Source of the DNA: an uncultured virus (IMG/VR IMGVR_UViG_3300010334_004649) | Lineage: Duplodnaviria; Heunggongvirae; Uroviricota; Caudoviricetes | Reading direction: 5' to 3' (one strand) | DNA: 64,000 bases | IMG/VR virus record: IMGVR_UViG_3300010334_004649 | Part shown: in pieces, positions 19,154 through 28,808 of the stretch | How the letters are laid out: every line of letters begins with the position of its first letter | Position numbering within the stretch: position 1 is the first letter of the stretch | Notes under the pieces: model-generated | Told to the model about the DNA's origin: nothing | The model's database searches: none | What the model saw: the letters and a program-made list of their open reading frames with translations, nothing else | Position numbers and translations under genes: made by a program

Positions 19154-20170
19154 ATGATTGAATTATATGAAGAAATAGAATATCTACCCGAAGAACTGGA
19201 TGATGAATATGAATATTATGAGGTGGATGAAGATGCCGCGAGGATTAGTTTGTGTACGCTTGGTAGTATCAACTGGGGAGCCTTCCGTAATCCTGAAGAC
19301 ATGCGTCGTGCTTGCCGTATTCTACAGCGTAGCCTATGCAATATCTTAGATTATCAAGACTTCCTATCAATCCAGAGTAAATTATCTAACGATGAAATCA
19401 GCCCACTAGGTATTGGTATAACCAATTTAGCCTACTGGCATGCCAAGCGTAACCTAAAGTATGGAGAAAAGGACGCACTCCAGGATGTCAAGACATGGAT
19501 GGAACATCAAGCGTTTTACCTGACAGAGGCTACTGTTGAATTAGCCCGAGAGCGCGGTGCATGCATCGATAGTGAAAAAACACGATATGGGCAAGGAATA
19601 TTTCCTTGGGAATTAAGAGCCAAGGCTGTTAATGACTTAGCAGACTTTACACCAGAACTTGATTGGGAAACACTCCGTACTAATATGAGACAGTATGGAG
19701 TCCGCAATGCAACAGTAATGGCCATTGCTCCAGTTGAAAGCAGTAGTGTTGTTATAAACAGCACTAATGGAATTGAATTACCTATGAGCTTGATCAGCAC
19801 AAAGGAAAGCAAAGCAGGATCACTCACACAAGTTGTACCAGAGTACACTAAACTTAAAAACAAGTATCAACTAATGTGGGATCAAAAGGACTGCGACGGA
19901 TATCTCAAAACCGCTGCGGTTTTGGCAGCTTATGTTGATCAAAGCATTAGTACCAATACTTTTTATAATCCTGCTCATTTCGCAGATCGTAAAGTGCCGG
20001 CGACATTGGTTGCTAAGAACTTGATGCAAGCGCATTTGTGGGGCCTCAAGACCATATACTACTCACTAGTGAATAAACAAGGATCAAAAGCCGACGCTGG
20101 AGAAGCACCTGCTATGCTAGAACCAATTGACTTTGATGATGAGTCTGGATGTGAGTCGTGTAAATTATAG
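19154..20170 (+). CDS. nrdA: RNR alpha piece 3 with acidic N-terminal extension
   Basis: Own GGAG RBS; MIELYEEIEYLPEELDDEYEYYEVDED then ISLCTLGSIN (C462 equivalent), PLGIG, APVESSS, KTIYY, C-terminal CESC. Confidence 0.93.
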   Translation: MIELYEEIEYLPEELDDEYEYYEVDEDAARISLCTLGSINWGAFRNPEDMRRACRILQRSLCNILDYQDFLSIQSKLSNDEISPLGIGITNLAYWHAKRNLKYGEKDALQDVKTWMEHQAFYLTEATVELARERGACIDSEKTRYGQGIFPWELRAKAVNDLADFTPELDWETLRTNMRQYGVRNATVMAIAPVESSSVVINSTNGIELPMSLISTKESKAGSLTQVVPEYTKLKNKYQLMWDQKDCDGYLKTAAVLAAYVDQSISTNTFYNPAHFADRKVPATLVAKNLMQAHLWGLKTIYYSLVNKQGSKADAGEAPAMLEPIDFDDESGCESCKL

Positions 20171-20260
20171 CCTGTGAGGAAATAGTTCCCTGCATGAATA
20201 TGGTAAAATATTTTAGAAATGGTTGGGTTCCGACACAAGACACAGAATGGAAGAATATAA

Positions 20261-21361
20261 ATGTCAAAAGCACAATATGATTTATCTACCAAAACTGACT
20301 ATCTCACACGCAAGATGTTCTTGGATCCTGCTGGTCCGGTAACTGTCCAGCGCTTTGAGGAATTTCGTTATCCGCGTGTTGCCAAATATGAACAGGAGCA
20401 GCGTGGATTTTTCTGGGTGCCAGAAGAGATCAATCTTACCAAGGATGCTAATGATTTCAAGAATGCCAGTGATGCGGTCAAACATATATTCACCAGCAAT
20501 CTATTGCGACAAACAGCACTGGATAGCCTACAGGGCCGTGCCCCGGTACAGGTATTCAGCCCAGTGGTAAGCCTACCGGAAATGGAATCTCTAGTGTCAA
20601 TCTGGAGTGCGTTTGAAACCAATATTCACAGCAAATCCTACAGTCACATCATACAAAACATCTATAATGTTCCCAAAGACGTATTCAACACCATCCACGA
20701 CGTCAGTGAGATTATCAGCATGGCCGCCGACATCGGTGAATACTACAATGCTCTGCACATTATCAACTGCCGCAAGGAACTTGGACAGGAGATCCACGAG
20801 CAAGAGCACATCGATGCCATTTGGCTAGCACTCAATGCCAGTTATGCACTGGAAGCGTTTCGCTTCATGGTCAGTTTTGCCACCAGCCTAGCCATGGTTG
20901 AGAACAAGATCTTTATTGGCAACGGCAACATCATCAGCCTTATCCTACAGGATGAGATGCTGCACAAGGACTGGACTGCATTCATCATCAATCAAGTTGT
21001 CAAAGAAGATGCGCGTTTCGCCCAGGCCAAAATTCGCTGCCAAACTGAAGTGTACGCTATGTATGCCAGCGTAGTAGCCGAGGAAAAAGCCTGGGCCGAC
21101 TATCTGTTCAGCAAAGGCCCTGTGATCGGACTCAATGCTAATATTTTGAAAGATTTTGTTGATTTCACCAGTGCAGCAGCATTGAAGGACATAGGCATAA
21201 AATACCAAGGCACAGCGCCACGCAGCACTCCAATACCTTGGTTCAACAAGCACAGTAATCCCAGCAAGAAGCAATCAGCACTGCAGGAAACTGAATCAAC
21301 CAACTATGTTATTGGTGTGCTCAGTACAGACATCAGTTACAACGAATTGCCCATCCTGTGA
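20261..21361 (+). CDS. nrdB: Class Ia RNR beta subunit
   Basis: FFWVPEE, LDSLQGR, ETNIHSKSY, LEAFRF, DEMLH. Confidence 0.95.
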   Translation: MSKAQYDLSTKTDYLTRKMFLDPAGPVTVQRFEEFRYPRVAKYEQEQRGFFWVPEEINLTKDANDFKNASDAVKHIFTSNLLRQTALDSLQGRAPVQVFSPVVSLPEMESLVSIWSAFETNIHSKSYSHIIQNIYNVPKDVFNTIHDVSEIISMAADIGEYYNALHIINCRKELGQEIHEQEHIDAIWLALNASYALEAFRFMVSFATSLAMVENKIFIGNGNIISLILQDEMLHKDWTAFIINQVVKEDARFAQAKIRCQTEVYAMYASVVAEEKAWADYLFSKGPVIGLNANILKDFVDFTSAAALKDIGIKYQGTAPRSTPIPWFNKHSNPSKKQSALQETESTNYVIGVLSTDISYNELPIL

Positions 21362-22050
21362 AAATTGCAGTTATCACGCCGTATTGGCATGAAACTTCCG
21401 ATGTGCTGACACGCTGCAGGCTCAGCGTGTCAGCACAGACACATGCAGATTATAGACACATCATGGTGGCAGATGGCAACCCCCATCCCATAGTGAGCAA
21501 ATGGCCCGATGTTGACCACATGGTATTACCTTGCTGCCATGCTGATGCCGGTGCTACTCCCAGAGCATTGGCTGCTATATCAGCATTCAGCCAAAGCTAT
21601 GACGCTGTGGCATTTTTAGATGCTGACAACACCTATGAACCAAATCACCTAGAATTGATGGTAAAAACTATTGGTTCTCAAGCAGTTGCAACAGCTACAC
21701 GAACAATATGTACCAGACTCGGGACTGCTCTTTATATCGACACAATAGAAAGCACTGGCGAAGATTTTTGCGATACCAACTGTCTTTTTCTGACAGCGCC
21801 AAGCATGCATTGTCTTGTAAACTGGATCACCGAACCATCACTGCGGTTATGGAGCGATAGGAAATTTTGGCACAGTATATTGCAGGCCAATCTGTCACGA
21901 GTACATTGTAAAATACCCAGTGTAAACTATCATTCAAGATGGGCTTGGCACTATCAACATGCTGGACTGATTCCACCTGCAGACAGTGTTTGGATTGCTC
22001 AACAGAATGGGAATTTGCATACATATACACATGCTGAGACAACAAGATAG
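21358..22050 (+). CDS. Glycosyltransferase family 2
   Basis: IAVITPY...SVSAQT...VADG...AFLDADN. Confidence 0.85.
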   Translation: MKIAVITPYWHETSDVLTRCRLSVSAQTHADYRHIMVADGNPHPIVSKWPDVDHMVLPCCHADAGATPRALAAISAFSQSYDAVAFLDADNTYEPNHLELMVKTIGSQAVATATRTICTRLGTALYIDTIESTGEDFCDTNCLFLTAPSMHCLVNWITEPSLRLWSDRKFWHSILQANLSRVHCKIPSVNYHSRWAWHYQHAGLIPPADSVWIAQQNGNLHTYTHAETTR

Positions 22051-22059
22051 GACGGTGAC

Positions 22060-22323
22060 ATGACTGCAGTAATCTACACCAAACATGACTGCCCGTATTG
22101 TGTACGAGCCAAAGATCTATTAATCAGTCAAGGAATCGACTATGTTGAATACATAGTCAGCCCGGGATTTGGCGAAACTCCCGCAAATCCAAACCAATTC
22201 TACGTAACCAAAGCTGATCTTTTGGCAAAACTACCAAATGCCAAAACAGTGCCGCAGATCTGGCTTGATGACCAACATATAGGCGGCTATAGCGAGTTGG
22301 CCCAGCATTTTAACCAAACCTAA
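22060..22323 (+). CDS. Glutaredoxin
   Basis: CPYC, TVPQI, IGGY. Confidence 0.92.
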   Translation: MTAVIYTKHDCPYCVRAKDLLISQGIDYVEYIVSPGFGETPANPNQFYVTKADLLAKLPNAKTVPQIWLDDQHIGGYSELAQHFNQT

Positions 22324-22363
22324 AAAATAAATACGCACATATTTCCCTACCTGGAGAACTGAT

Positions 22364-23245
22364 GTGCCTTTAAATCCCCCGTCATACAGCGGCCAAGATG
22401 TATGGTATAGTCCTAATGTTTATATAAACCAAGTACAGGCAGCCTTGTGGCAGCCGGCGGTGCCGATGCCATCGGCACTGCATTCTATACCTGTATTGCC
22501 AAATCCTTCCTACAGCCTGACTGCTGAACAGATATCATTGGCCACTTCTTCTACATTTACTCAGTGGACCATACGTGATGCAGATGGTAATATTACATTT
22601 GTTCCAGCAGATACTCCTGGTGCCAGTCCAGAAGGCACGGCCCCTTCCCCGGGTGCTGCTGCTGGACAAATATCGGGCCCAACTACTACTGCTATTGATC
22701 CTGTGGCTGTAGGCCAAGGAGGCTATTCTACATTTATTGCCAATATGACCAAAGCCTATCAGGAAGGATTAAGTGGAGCATGGCGTGGCGGTGCCAGCAA
22801 CTCAAATATACAAAAAATGCTAGCAGCCACCGGCATCAGTTCTGGCAGTGTGTTTCCGCCCGGGCATAGTTTTTGGTGTGCAGCATTCATGGGATGGATG
22901 CTGAAAATCAGTGGTTTAAAATATGTAGTTGGACCCGGTGATACCTGCTCTGCATCTGCTCCAAGTTATGTTAATTATGGACAGTCTATTGACATCAAGA
23001 ATCCAAAACTATGGCGGCAGGGGGATGTAGCAGTGGTAGGCAGCCATGGTAACACCAGTTCTGGGTCACATGTGACCTTTTTGTGGTCATATCCAGGTGG
23101 AGGTTGGTGGAAATGCCTTGGGGGCAATCAAGGCAACACACCGGGTGATTTAATTCTGGGCGGATTCCAACTGGACTCGTTTAGATATATAGGCCGTGCT
23201 TGGCCTGATCCAAACACTCCGCTGCCCACAAGTCCATCAAAATAA
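22364..23245 (+). CDS. Putative virion cysteine peptidoglycan hydrolase (CHAP/TIGR02594-like)
   Basis: WCAAFMGW...GDVAV...SHVTF...LGGNQ; TAAATA 22328. Confidence 0.7.
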   Translation: MPLNPPSYSGQDVWYSPNVYINQVQAALWQPAVPMPSALHSIPVLPNPSYSLTAEQISLATSSTFTQWTIRDADGNITFVPADTPGASPEGTAPSPGAAAGQISGPTTTAIDPVAVGQGGYSTFIANMTKAYQEGLSGAWRGGASNSNIQKMLAATGISSGSVFPPGHSFWCAAFMGWMLKISGLKYVVGPGDTCSASAPSYVNYGQSIDIKNPKLWRQGDVAVVGSHGNTSSGSHVTFLWSYPGGGWWKCLGGNQGNTPGDLILGGFQLDSFRYIGRAWPDPNTPLPTSPSK

Positions 23246-23298
23246 TATTGCTGTGCCAAGAGACTTTTGATTATCCTGTATACAGCAGGAGAACAAAC

Positions 23299-23634
23299 AT
23301 GTTATTAGATAAACCACTAGATGCCAACGATATCGTAAGTGTTAAACTTGGCAACGGCGACGAGATCATCGCAAAGGTTCTAGCTGTTGACGCCGAAAAG
23401 ATCACAGTGTCTAAGCCACTACTGATGATTCTAAGCCAAGATCCAAGATCAGGTGCACCAGGTGTACAAATGGCGCCATTTTGGATGATGGGTGCAGATC
23501 CCGCAGGAAAATTCACAATCTCAAAGACACATGTTGTTTGCTTAGTCAAAGCCAACATAGACGCTGCAAAGAGTTATTTGGCACAGACCACAGGATTGAC
23601 CATCCCCAGCGCCGGCAGCGGACTCATTACATGA
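23299..23634 (+). CDS. Hypothetical protein (beta-rich)
   Basis: AGGAG RBS before ATG 23299; DIVSVKLGNGDEIIAK. Confidence 0.7.
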   Translation: MLLDKPLDANDIVSVKLGNGDEIIAKVLAVDAEKITVSKPLLMILSQDPRSGAPGVQMAPFWMMGADPAGKFTISKTHVVCLVKANIDAAKSYLAQTTGLTIPSAGSGLIT

Positions 23635-24572
23635 ATTATAAACCTTTCCAATATAGCGGCACCACAAACTTCCTACGTTGCGAAAGGTACTATGATCAAC
23701 CCATAGCTGTGTTGGGATTACCAGTTGACAGTGGTACCTCATATCGCAGCGGTACTAGACATGGGCCTGCTGGCATACGTGCAGCCAGTGCCATGTTGAC
23801 TGACGGACATCTTGCTGGTTATGATGTTGATCTCTATCCATGGTTGGGCGATTATGGAGATCTACCATTGCCAACTGGCAACACGCAAGCGGTATTGGCT
23901 ATGATCCAAGCACGCATGACGGACTTGACCAGGACCAACACACATGTGGTGGCCCTGGGTGGAGACCACCTTATAACCCTGCCAATTCTACGCAGCCTTA
24001 AAGAAAAGCATGGCAAGATTGCTGTTGTGCATTTCGATGCACACTGTGATACATGGAATGATCACTTCGGTGAAACCCATGGGCATGGTACATGGCTACG
24101 CCATGCCATTGATGAGGATCTAGTGCAGGCTGATCACACCATCAGCATTGGCATCCGTAGCCCCGCTGATGAAGACTCTCGGCATTATCTGGTCTCAAAA
24201 GGTGGTATCACACTGTCGGCTTACGAAGCAACAGTGGTCCAACCACGAGACATGGCCGGACTGATTGCCCGCAGGGTTGGCAATATGCCTGCCTATCTCA
24301 GCCTTGATATCGACTGCCTTGATCCGTCGCAGGCTCCTGGTACAGGCACTCCAGAGATAGGTGGCCTGTCTAGTATTTGGCTTCGTGAAGTCATGGATAA
24401 TATGCAGGGCATTTCATGGATAGGCATGGATTGTGTAGAAGTATCACCAGCCTACGATCATGCTGAGATTACATCATTGGCTGCAGCGACATTTTGTCTG
24501 CAGTATATATCCAAAATTGCCATGGCCATGGACACACAACTTAGATTGAAAAGACTTTCAAAACCCGCATAA
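23631..24572 (+). CDS. speB: Agmatinase (ureohydrolase family)
   Basis: GTRHGP, GGDH, HFDAHCD, HGT, SLDIDCLDP, APGTGTP, VEVSP. Confidence 0.9.
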   Translation: MNYKPFQYSGTTNFLRCERYYDQPIAVLGLPVDSGTSYRSGTRHGPAGIRAASAMLTDGHLAGYDVDLYPWLGDYGDLPLPTGNTQAVLAMIQARMTDLTRTNTHVVALGGDHLITLPILRSLKEKHGKIAVVHFDAHCDTWNDHFGETHGHGTWLRHAIDEDLVQADHTISIGIRSPADEDSRHYLVSKGGITLSAYEATVVQPRDMAGLIARRVGNMPAYLSLDIDCLDPSQAPGTGTPEIGGLSSIWLREVMDNMQGISWIGMDCVEVSPAYDHAEITSLAAATFCLQYISKIAMAMDTQLRLKRLSKPA

Positions 24573-24600
24573 ATAGGCCAGTTGATAAAAGGACGGCATC

Positions 24601-25656
24601 ATGGCAAGGGTTTTGTTCATACTGAAAAGACGAGACGACTATAATCACAAGGCCCATGCACATGTTGGTCTCAGTACAGGTCTTTATAACAGTGTGAAAT
24701 TTGTCAATGACATGCTGAACAGCGCTGGTATAGAAAGTAAACTGTTCGTAGCCATTGACAATAACTGTATTGATCGCGAGGTGCGTAATTATCAACCAAC
24801 ACATGTAATAATAGAAGCGCTATGGGTAGTGCCAACAAAATTTCATATACTAACGCAACTACATCCAACGGTCAACTGGATAATAAGACTGCATAGCGAA
24901 ATGCCATTTATTGCTGCTGAAGGCATTGCAATGGATTGGATAGCAGACTATGTGCGTTTTGCCAAGGTCAACATGGCCGTCAATGCACCCCGCATGTTAG
25001 ACGAAACTCGTTTTTATCTTAAACACATATATGGTTGGTCAGATGAGCATACCAACCAGCGTGTGACATATTTGCCAAACTTTTATCCTCAAGACTACAC
25101 AAAACCAAAATCAAAATCATCCAACAGCTATATAGATATCTCCTGCTTTGGAGCCATTCGCCCGCTGAAAAACCACCTTCTTCAGGCATTATGTGCTGTA
25201 CAATTTGCCGATTCAATTGGTAAGAAATTGCGCTTCCATGTGAATGCTGGTCGAATTGAAATGAAAGGCGAACCCATGTTGAATAATCTCAAAGGCATGT
25301 TTCAGCATCTTGCAGATTCTGGACATCAATTGATCAGTCATACCTGGGTTCCGCGAGAAGAATTTCTTGAAATTTGTGCCAAAATGGACATGGGCATGCA
25401 GGTCAGTCTGTCAGAAACATTTAACATAGTAGCAGCAGATCACCTAAGCCAAGGAGTGCCAGTTGTGGGCAGCAGGGAGATACCATGGGCCAGCAGCCTA
25501 TTCACTGCGGACCCGGTAGAAAGCCGAGATATTGTGAAAAAACTGTCTCGCACATGGGATTGTCCTTGGATTAATGTAAAATTAAATCAATTTGAATTGA
25601 CTAACTACACCGATAAAACACGTGATATTTGGGTTAAATATTTCAATATAAACTGA
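24601..25656 (+). CDS. Putative GT-B glycosyltransferase
   Basis: FGAIRPLKNH...SETFNIVAAD...GVPVVGS. Confidence 0.7.
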   Translation: MARVLFILKRRDDYNHKAHAHVGLSTGLYNSVKFVNDMLNSAGIESKLFVAIDNNCIDREVRNYQPTHVIIEALWVVPTKFHILTQLHPTVNWIIRLHSEMPFIAAEGIAMDWIADYVRFAKVNMAVNAPRMLDETRFYLKHIYGWSDEHTNQRVTYLPNFYPQDYTKPKSKSSNSYIDISCFGAIRPLKNHLLQALCAVQFADSIGKKLRFHVNAGRIEMKGEPMLNNLKGMFQHLADSGHQLISHTWVPREEFLEICAKMDMGMQVSLSETFNIVAADHLSQGVPVVGSREIPWASSLFTADPVESRDIVKKLSRTWDCPWINVKLNQFELTNYTDKTRDIWVKYFNIN

Positions 25657-25671
25657 AAAGATGGAGGCATT

Positions 25672-25884
25672 ATGTCTGAAGAATTTTACAAGGTGCGTAT
25701 GCATGACTGGGAAAAAGGCATGCTGAAATTTGTGGATACATTTTTTTCGTCATTTGATGAAGCATTGACCTATGCGTCAGAGTTGTATTGTGATAATTTT
25801 AAAATTTTTGATTCTAACAACAATCTCAGACACAGCAGCCATGGCAAGAAACAACAGCATCAAGATTGGCCTAAATATGCTTGA
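25672..25884 (+). CDS. Hypothetical protein
   Basis: GGAGG RBS; 70 aa. Confidence 0.6.
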   Translation: MSEEFYKVRMHDWEKGMLKFVDTFFSSFDEALTYASELYCDNFKIFDSNNNLRHSSHGKKQQHQDWPKYA

Positions 25885-25910
25885 CATAGGGACTTTATGA
25901 TTTTTATAAT
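25881..25910 (+). promoter_or_regulatory. Sigma70-type promoter for tmRNA
   Basis: TTGACA-N18-TATAAT. Confidence 0.75.
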
Positions 25911-25914
25911 AGAA

Positions 25915-26246
25915 CTGATGCTGTTTGACGGAAGGTGAATGAATTGTACAGTACCGGAGGGGCAGTACCTCCGCATCTCCACCAGTAAGCACATTGGTAC
26001 CCATAGGTGTTAGAAATATGGGGTAATTGCATTAACACTCGTCCGGTGTGCTTGCTCGTGGGGATGAAACAGGATCGCCTGGCAATATGAAGACCAACTT
26101 TAGGTATTGGGTAAGACACGACTCACAATCAGTTCAAAAAACAAAAATGACAATGACAACATTGCATTTGGAGACATGCTGCTAGCAGCATGAGCTCTTG
26201 GGCTTACAGGACGCCTAGAAACAGAAGAAGGCCCGCAAGGGCCTTC
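25915..26246 (+). ncRNA. ssrA: Circularly permuted (two-piece) tmRNA; outer ends approximate
   Basis: Acceptor piece ends CGGAGG-GGCAGTA-CCTCCG-CATCTCC-A-CCA (25984); coding piece starts GGGGATG (26060), giving G3.U70; tag DNDNIAFGDMLLAA* at 26149-26193; hairpin 26227-26246. Confidence 0.92.
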
Positions 26247-26459
26247 ACCTATGATCACATGAACATTTGAGACAAAAAGATGATCATTGTGGAAAAAATT
26301 TTCATGTATAAACAGACCTGAGATGCAGCAAGAAGATTTTGGGTTTTTCCCCCAACAACATCACTTCAATATTGCGTCCGGACAGGGTTTCCATTTATAT
26401 TTGGTGTGATTTGATAATGCTATCAAATCACACACACACAGACACACAGGAGAACAAAA

Positions 26460-26711
26460 ATGGAAGCTTTTGAAATTCGCTTAGAATTGGTAAGGATGGC
26501 TAAGGACCTTTTGATGGAAGAATGGCATGCAAACAGAAATGCTGCAGACTGCCAATTTACCCTTGATCGCGAGTTGGCCCTAAAAAATCAGAACGGAGAA
26601 CCTGTTAACTATCCCAGCATAGCACCAGTTCCTTCAGTTGAAGAAATTACCAAAGTTGCTGTAAAACTCAATGCATTTGTCAGCCGTAGAGATGGCATTA
26701 CAATGGACTAA
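26460..26711 (+). CDS. Hypothetical phage protein
   Basis: AGGAG RBS after CA-repeat tract; FEIRLELVRMAKD. Confidence 0.7.
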   Translation: MEAFEIRLELVRMAKDLLMEEWHANRNAADCQFTLDRELALKNQNGEPVNYPSIAPVPSVEEITKVAVKLNAFVSRRDGITMD

Positions 26712-26812
26712 AATGCGTTTTAACAAGTTATAAATCAATTAAAAAAATATCCAGGATCAACATGTCAATGTTAGAATCTCTGGAGTATTAGTCTAGAATA
26801 AAATTATGCTAC

Positions 26813-26843
26813 AACGGGGGGATGTTACCATCCCCCCGTTTTT
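26813..26843 (+). terminator. Rho-independent terminator
   Basis: AACGGGGGGATG-TTAC-CATCCCCCCGTT then TTT. Confidence 0.8.
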
Positions 26844-26908
26844 CATGAGGTTGACAAACATGCAGATTTGCATATGCTAGTCATGTCGATACACAGTTGG
26901 GAATCATA

Positions 26909-28723
26909 ATGGCTAAAAAATCAAGCGAAGAAATTGTTAAATTAACCGACTACGACCATCATCGCTTGCGGACGGAAATGTATCTAGGCAGCCGCAATAT
27001 TCACAGTCAAACAGTCATAAATTGGAATGGTAGTCAGCTGATTGCAGAAGAAGTTGCTTGGACGCCGGCCGCATATTCTGCCTTTCGAGAGATATTTGAC
27101 AATGCTCTGGATGAAGTTGTCGGTCATGGACATGGATCTCGCATTGATATCACCTACGATCCCAGTACTTTGACATTTGGTGTGTCAGATGATGGCCGTG
27201 GTATTCCAATTGACTGGGATGAAAATGAAAAAATGCACAAGGCTACCTTGGCACTGACGCAGGCTCGTGTTGGCAGGAATTTTGGCACACGTGAAGAAGT
27301 GCGTGGTACCAACGGTGTTGGTTCTTCTGTAGTTGTCAGTTGTTCGCGTTCATTCACCATCGACATCAAACGAGATGGCAAACGATTCCAACAGGAATTT
27401 AAAGAATGTACAGAACTCATGCCAGATCTCAACATTGGTGAGCCGCGTATCTTCAACAGTACTATGAAATCGGGAACTGAAATCAATTTCACTCTCAGTT
27501 CGGTGGTTTTTCCCAAGGCCAAGATACCGTTGTCGTTTGTCAAGGCCAGGGTATTTGAAGTAGCTGCCAATCATCCTAAAATACGCTTTAGTTTCAATGG
27601 TGACAGAGTCGTAGTGGCCAAAAGCCTCGACAAGACTATGTTTGCCAACAATAATCCCGTGATCATCAGCATACAGGAAGAAAAGTTTCACAGCAATTAC
27701 TACTTGATTCCGGGATTTGGCTCCGAAGGCGAATTTGTGCACAGTACAGTTAACGATATACCTGCATTCAATGGCGGCCAACACATTGATGTGTTTAAAA
27801 GGTTGTTTTTCAGTGGCATGCTAAAAGCCATGGAACGTGAAAGCAAGCGTCGAGGACTGACTCCAAACCGCAGTGATATATCAGAAGGTCTATTGATTTA
27901 CAACACCACTGTGATGCATGCTCCAAACTTTGACAGTCAAAGCAAAACACGCTTGATCAATGACGAGGTAGATCGTTGGATCAAAGCCAGTTTAGAAGAT
28001 GAAAACACATTCAAAAACATCCTACGTACTCATAAGGAGTGGTTGGATGAGATCTATGCTCGCTGTGCAGCACGTACTCAAAAACGCGATGATGCAGATA
28101 TTGCCAAGGCCAATCGCAAACTGCTGCGCAACAAGGTCCCAAAACTTCTAGATGCCAACGGCAAGGATAGAAGCAAATGTATACTGTTGATATGCGAGGG
28201 TGATTGTCTAGCAGAAGATACAGCTATCGCAATATTTGAAGATGGAAGATTTTGTAGCAAAAAAATTAAAGACATCCAAATAGGTGATTTAGTTTTAACG
28301 CATAAAGGCAGAATTAAACCGGTATGTAATAAACAGGCAAAAATAACAGACGGAATTGCTATTACAACATCATCTGGAAAAACATTAAAAATAAGTCTTG
28401 AGCATAAAATACCTGTTTATAACACACAACTTAACCAATATGAAATTGTAAAAGGCAAAGATTTAGACAAGTCTAAACATAAACTGTTTTCCTCTATAAT
28501 TGATATGGAGTCTACATTTTTTGAAATCGTCGCTGTAAATGATTATGATGATGGAAAATTTAATAAATCAATTTCTTTTACAAATGGTATAATTAATCAA
28601 ACCTGTATAACGTCCGAAAATCATTTATTCTCTGTTTTAAATAAATGCACTGCGACCATTGAAAAGGTAGCTGCTAAAAATCTAGACATTGATATCCATT
28701 TACTAATGGCACATAATTTGTAG
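26909..28723 (+). CDS. Type II topoisomerase large subunit (gp39/GyrB-like), N piece plus split-intein N half
   Basis: EIFDNALDE, DDGRGIP, GTNGVG, FDSQSK, KLLDAN, ICEGD|CLAEDT... Confidence 0.92.
   Translation: MAKKSSEEIVKLTDYDHHRLRTEMYLGSRNIHSQTVINWNGSQLIAEEVAWTPAAYSAFREIFDNALDEVVGHGHGSRIDITYDPSTLTFGVSDDGRGIPIDWDENEKMHKATLALTQARVGRNFGTREEVRGTNGVGSSVVVSCSRSFTIDIKRDGKRFQQEFKECTELMPDLNIGEPRIFNSTMKSGTEINFTLSSVVFPKAKIPLSFVKARVFEVAANHPKIRFSFNGDRVVVAKSLDKTMFANNNPVIISIQEEKFHSNYYLIPGFGSEGEFVHSTVNDIPAFNGGQHIDVFKRLFFSGMLKAMERESKRRGLTPNRSDISEGLLIYNTTVMHAPNFDSQSKTRLINDEVDRWIKASLEDENTFKNILRTHKEWLDEIYARCAARTQKRDDADIAKANRKLLRNKVPKLLDANGKDRSKCILLICEGDCLAEDTAIAIFEDGRFCSKKIKDIQIGDLVLTHKGRIKPVCNKQAKITDGIAITTSSGKTLKISLEHKIPVYNTQLNQYEIVKGKDLDKSKHKLFSSIIDMESTFFEIVAVNDYDDGKFNKSISFTNGIINQTCITSENHLFSVLNKCTATIEKVAAKNLDIDIHLLMAHNL
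28205..28720 (+). mobile_element. Split intein N fragment (172 aa) in topoisomerase
   Basis: CLAEDTAI block A, KIKDIQIGDLVLT, two block B-like motifs (SLEHKI, SENHLF); AT-rich. Confidence 0.88.
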
Positions 28724-28732
28724 CTGAAAAAA

Positions 28733-28772
28733 ACAATTATTTGGATCTATTATAATAGATCCAAATAATTGT
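28733..28772. repeat. Perfect 40-bp palindrome
   Basis: ACAATTATTTGGATCTATTA|TAATAGATCCAAATAATTGT. Confidence 0.95.
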
Positions 28773-28808
28773 AAAAATACAATATCTAATAGTAGGTAAG
28801 GTACAACA

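Noticed and set aside
19106..19156. Stop read-through or recoding joining nrdA pieces 2 and 3 (same frame)
   Set aside because: Two different stops (TAG 19106, TGA 19148) would both need suppression; piece 3 has its own RBS; TAG and TGA end conserved genes normally elsewhere
26429..26448. CA-dinucleotide tract as a phase-variation site
   Set aside because: Short, interrupted and directly before an RBS; more likely an unstructured translation enhancer
28709..28723. AHNL at the end of the topoisomerase IntN as a complete cis intein end
   Set aside because: HN is followed by Leu-stop with no nucleophile or extein; the true HN|S is in the next ORF
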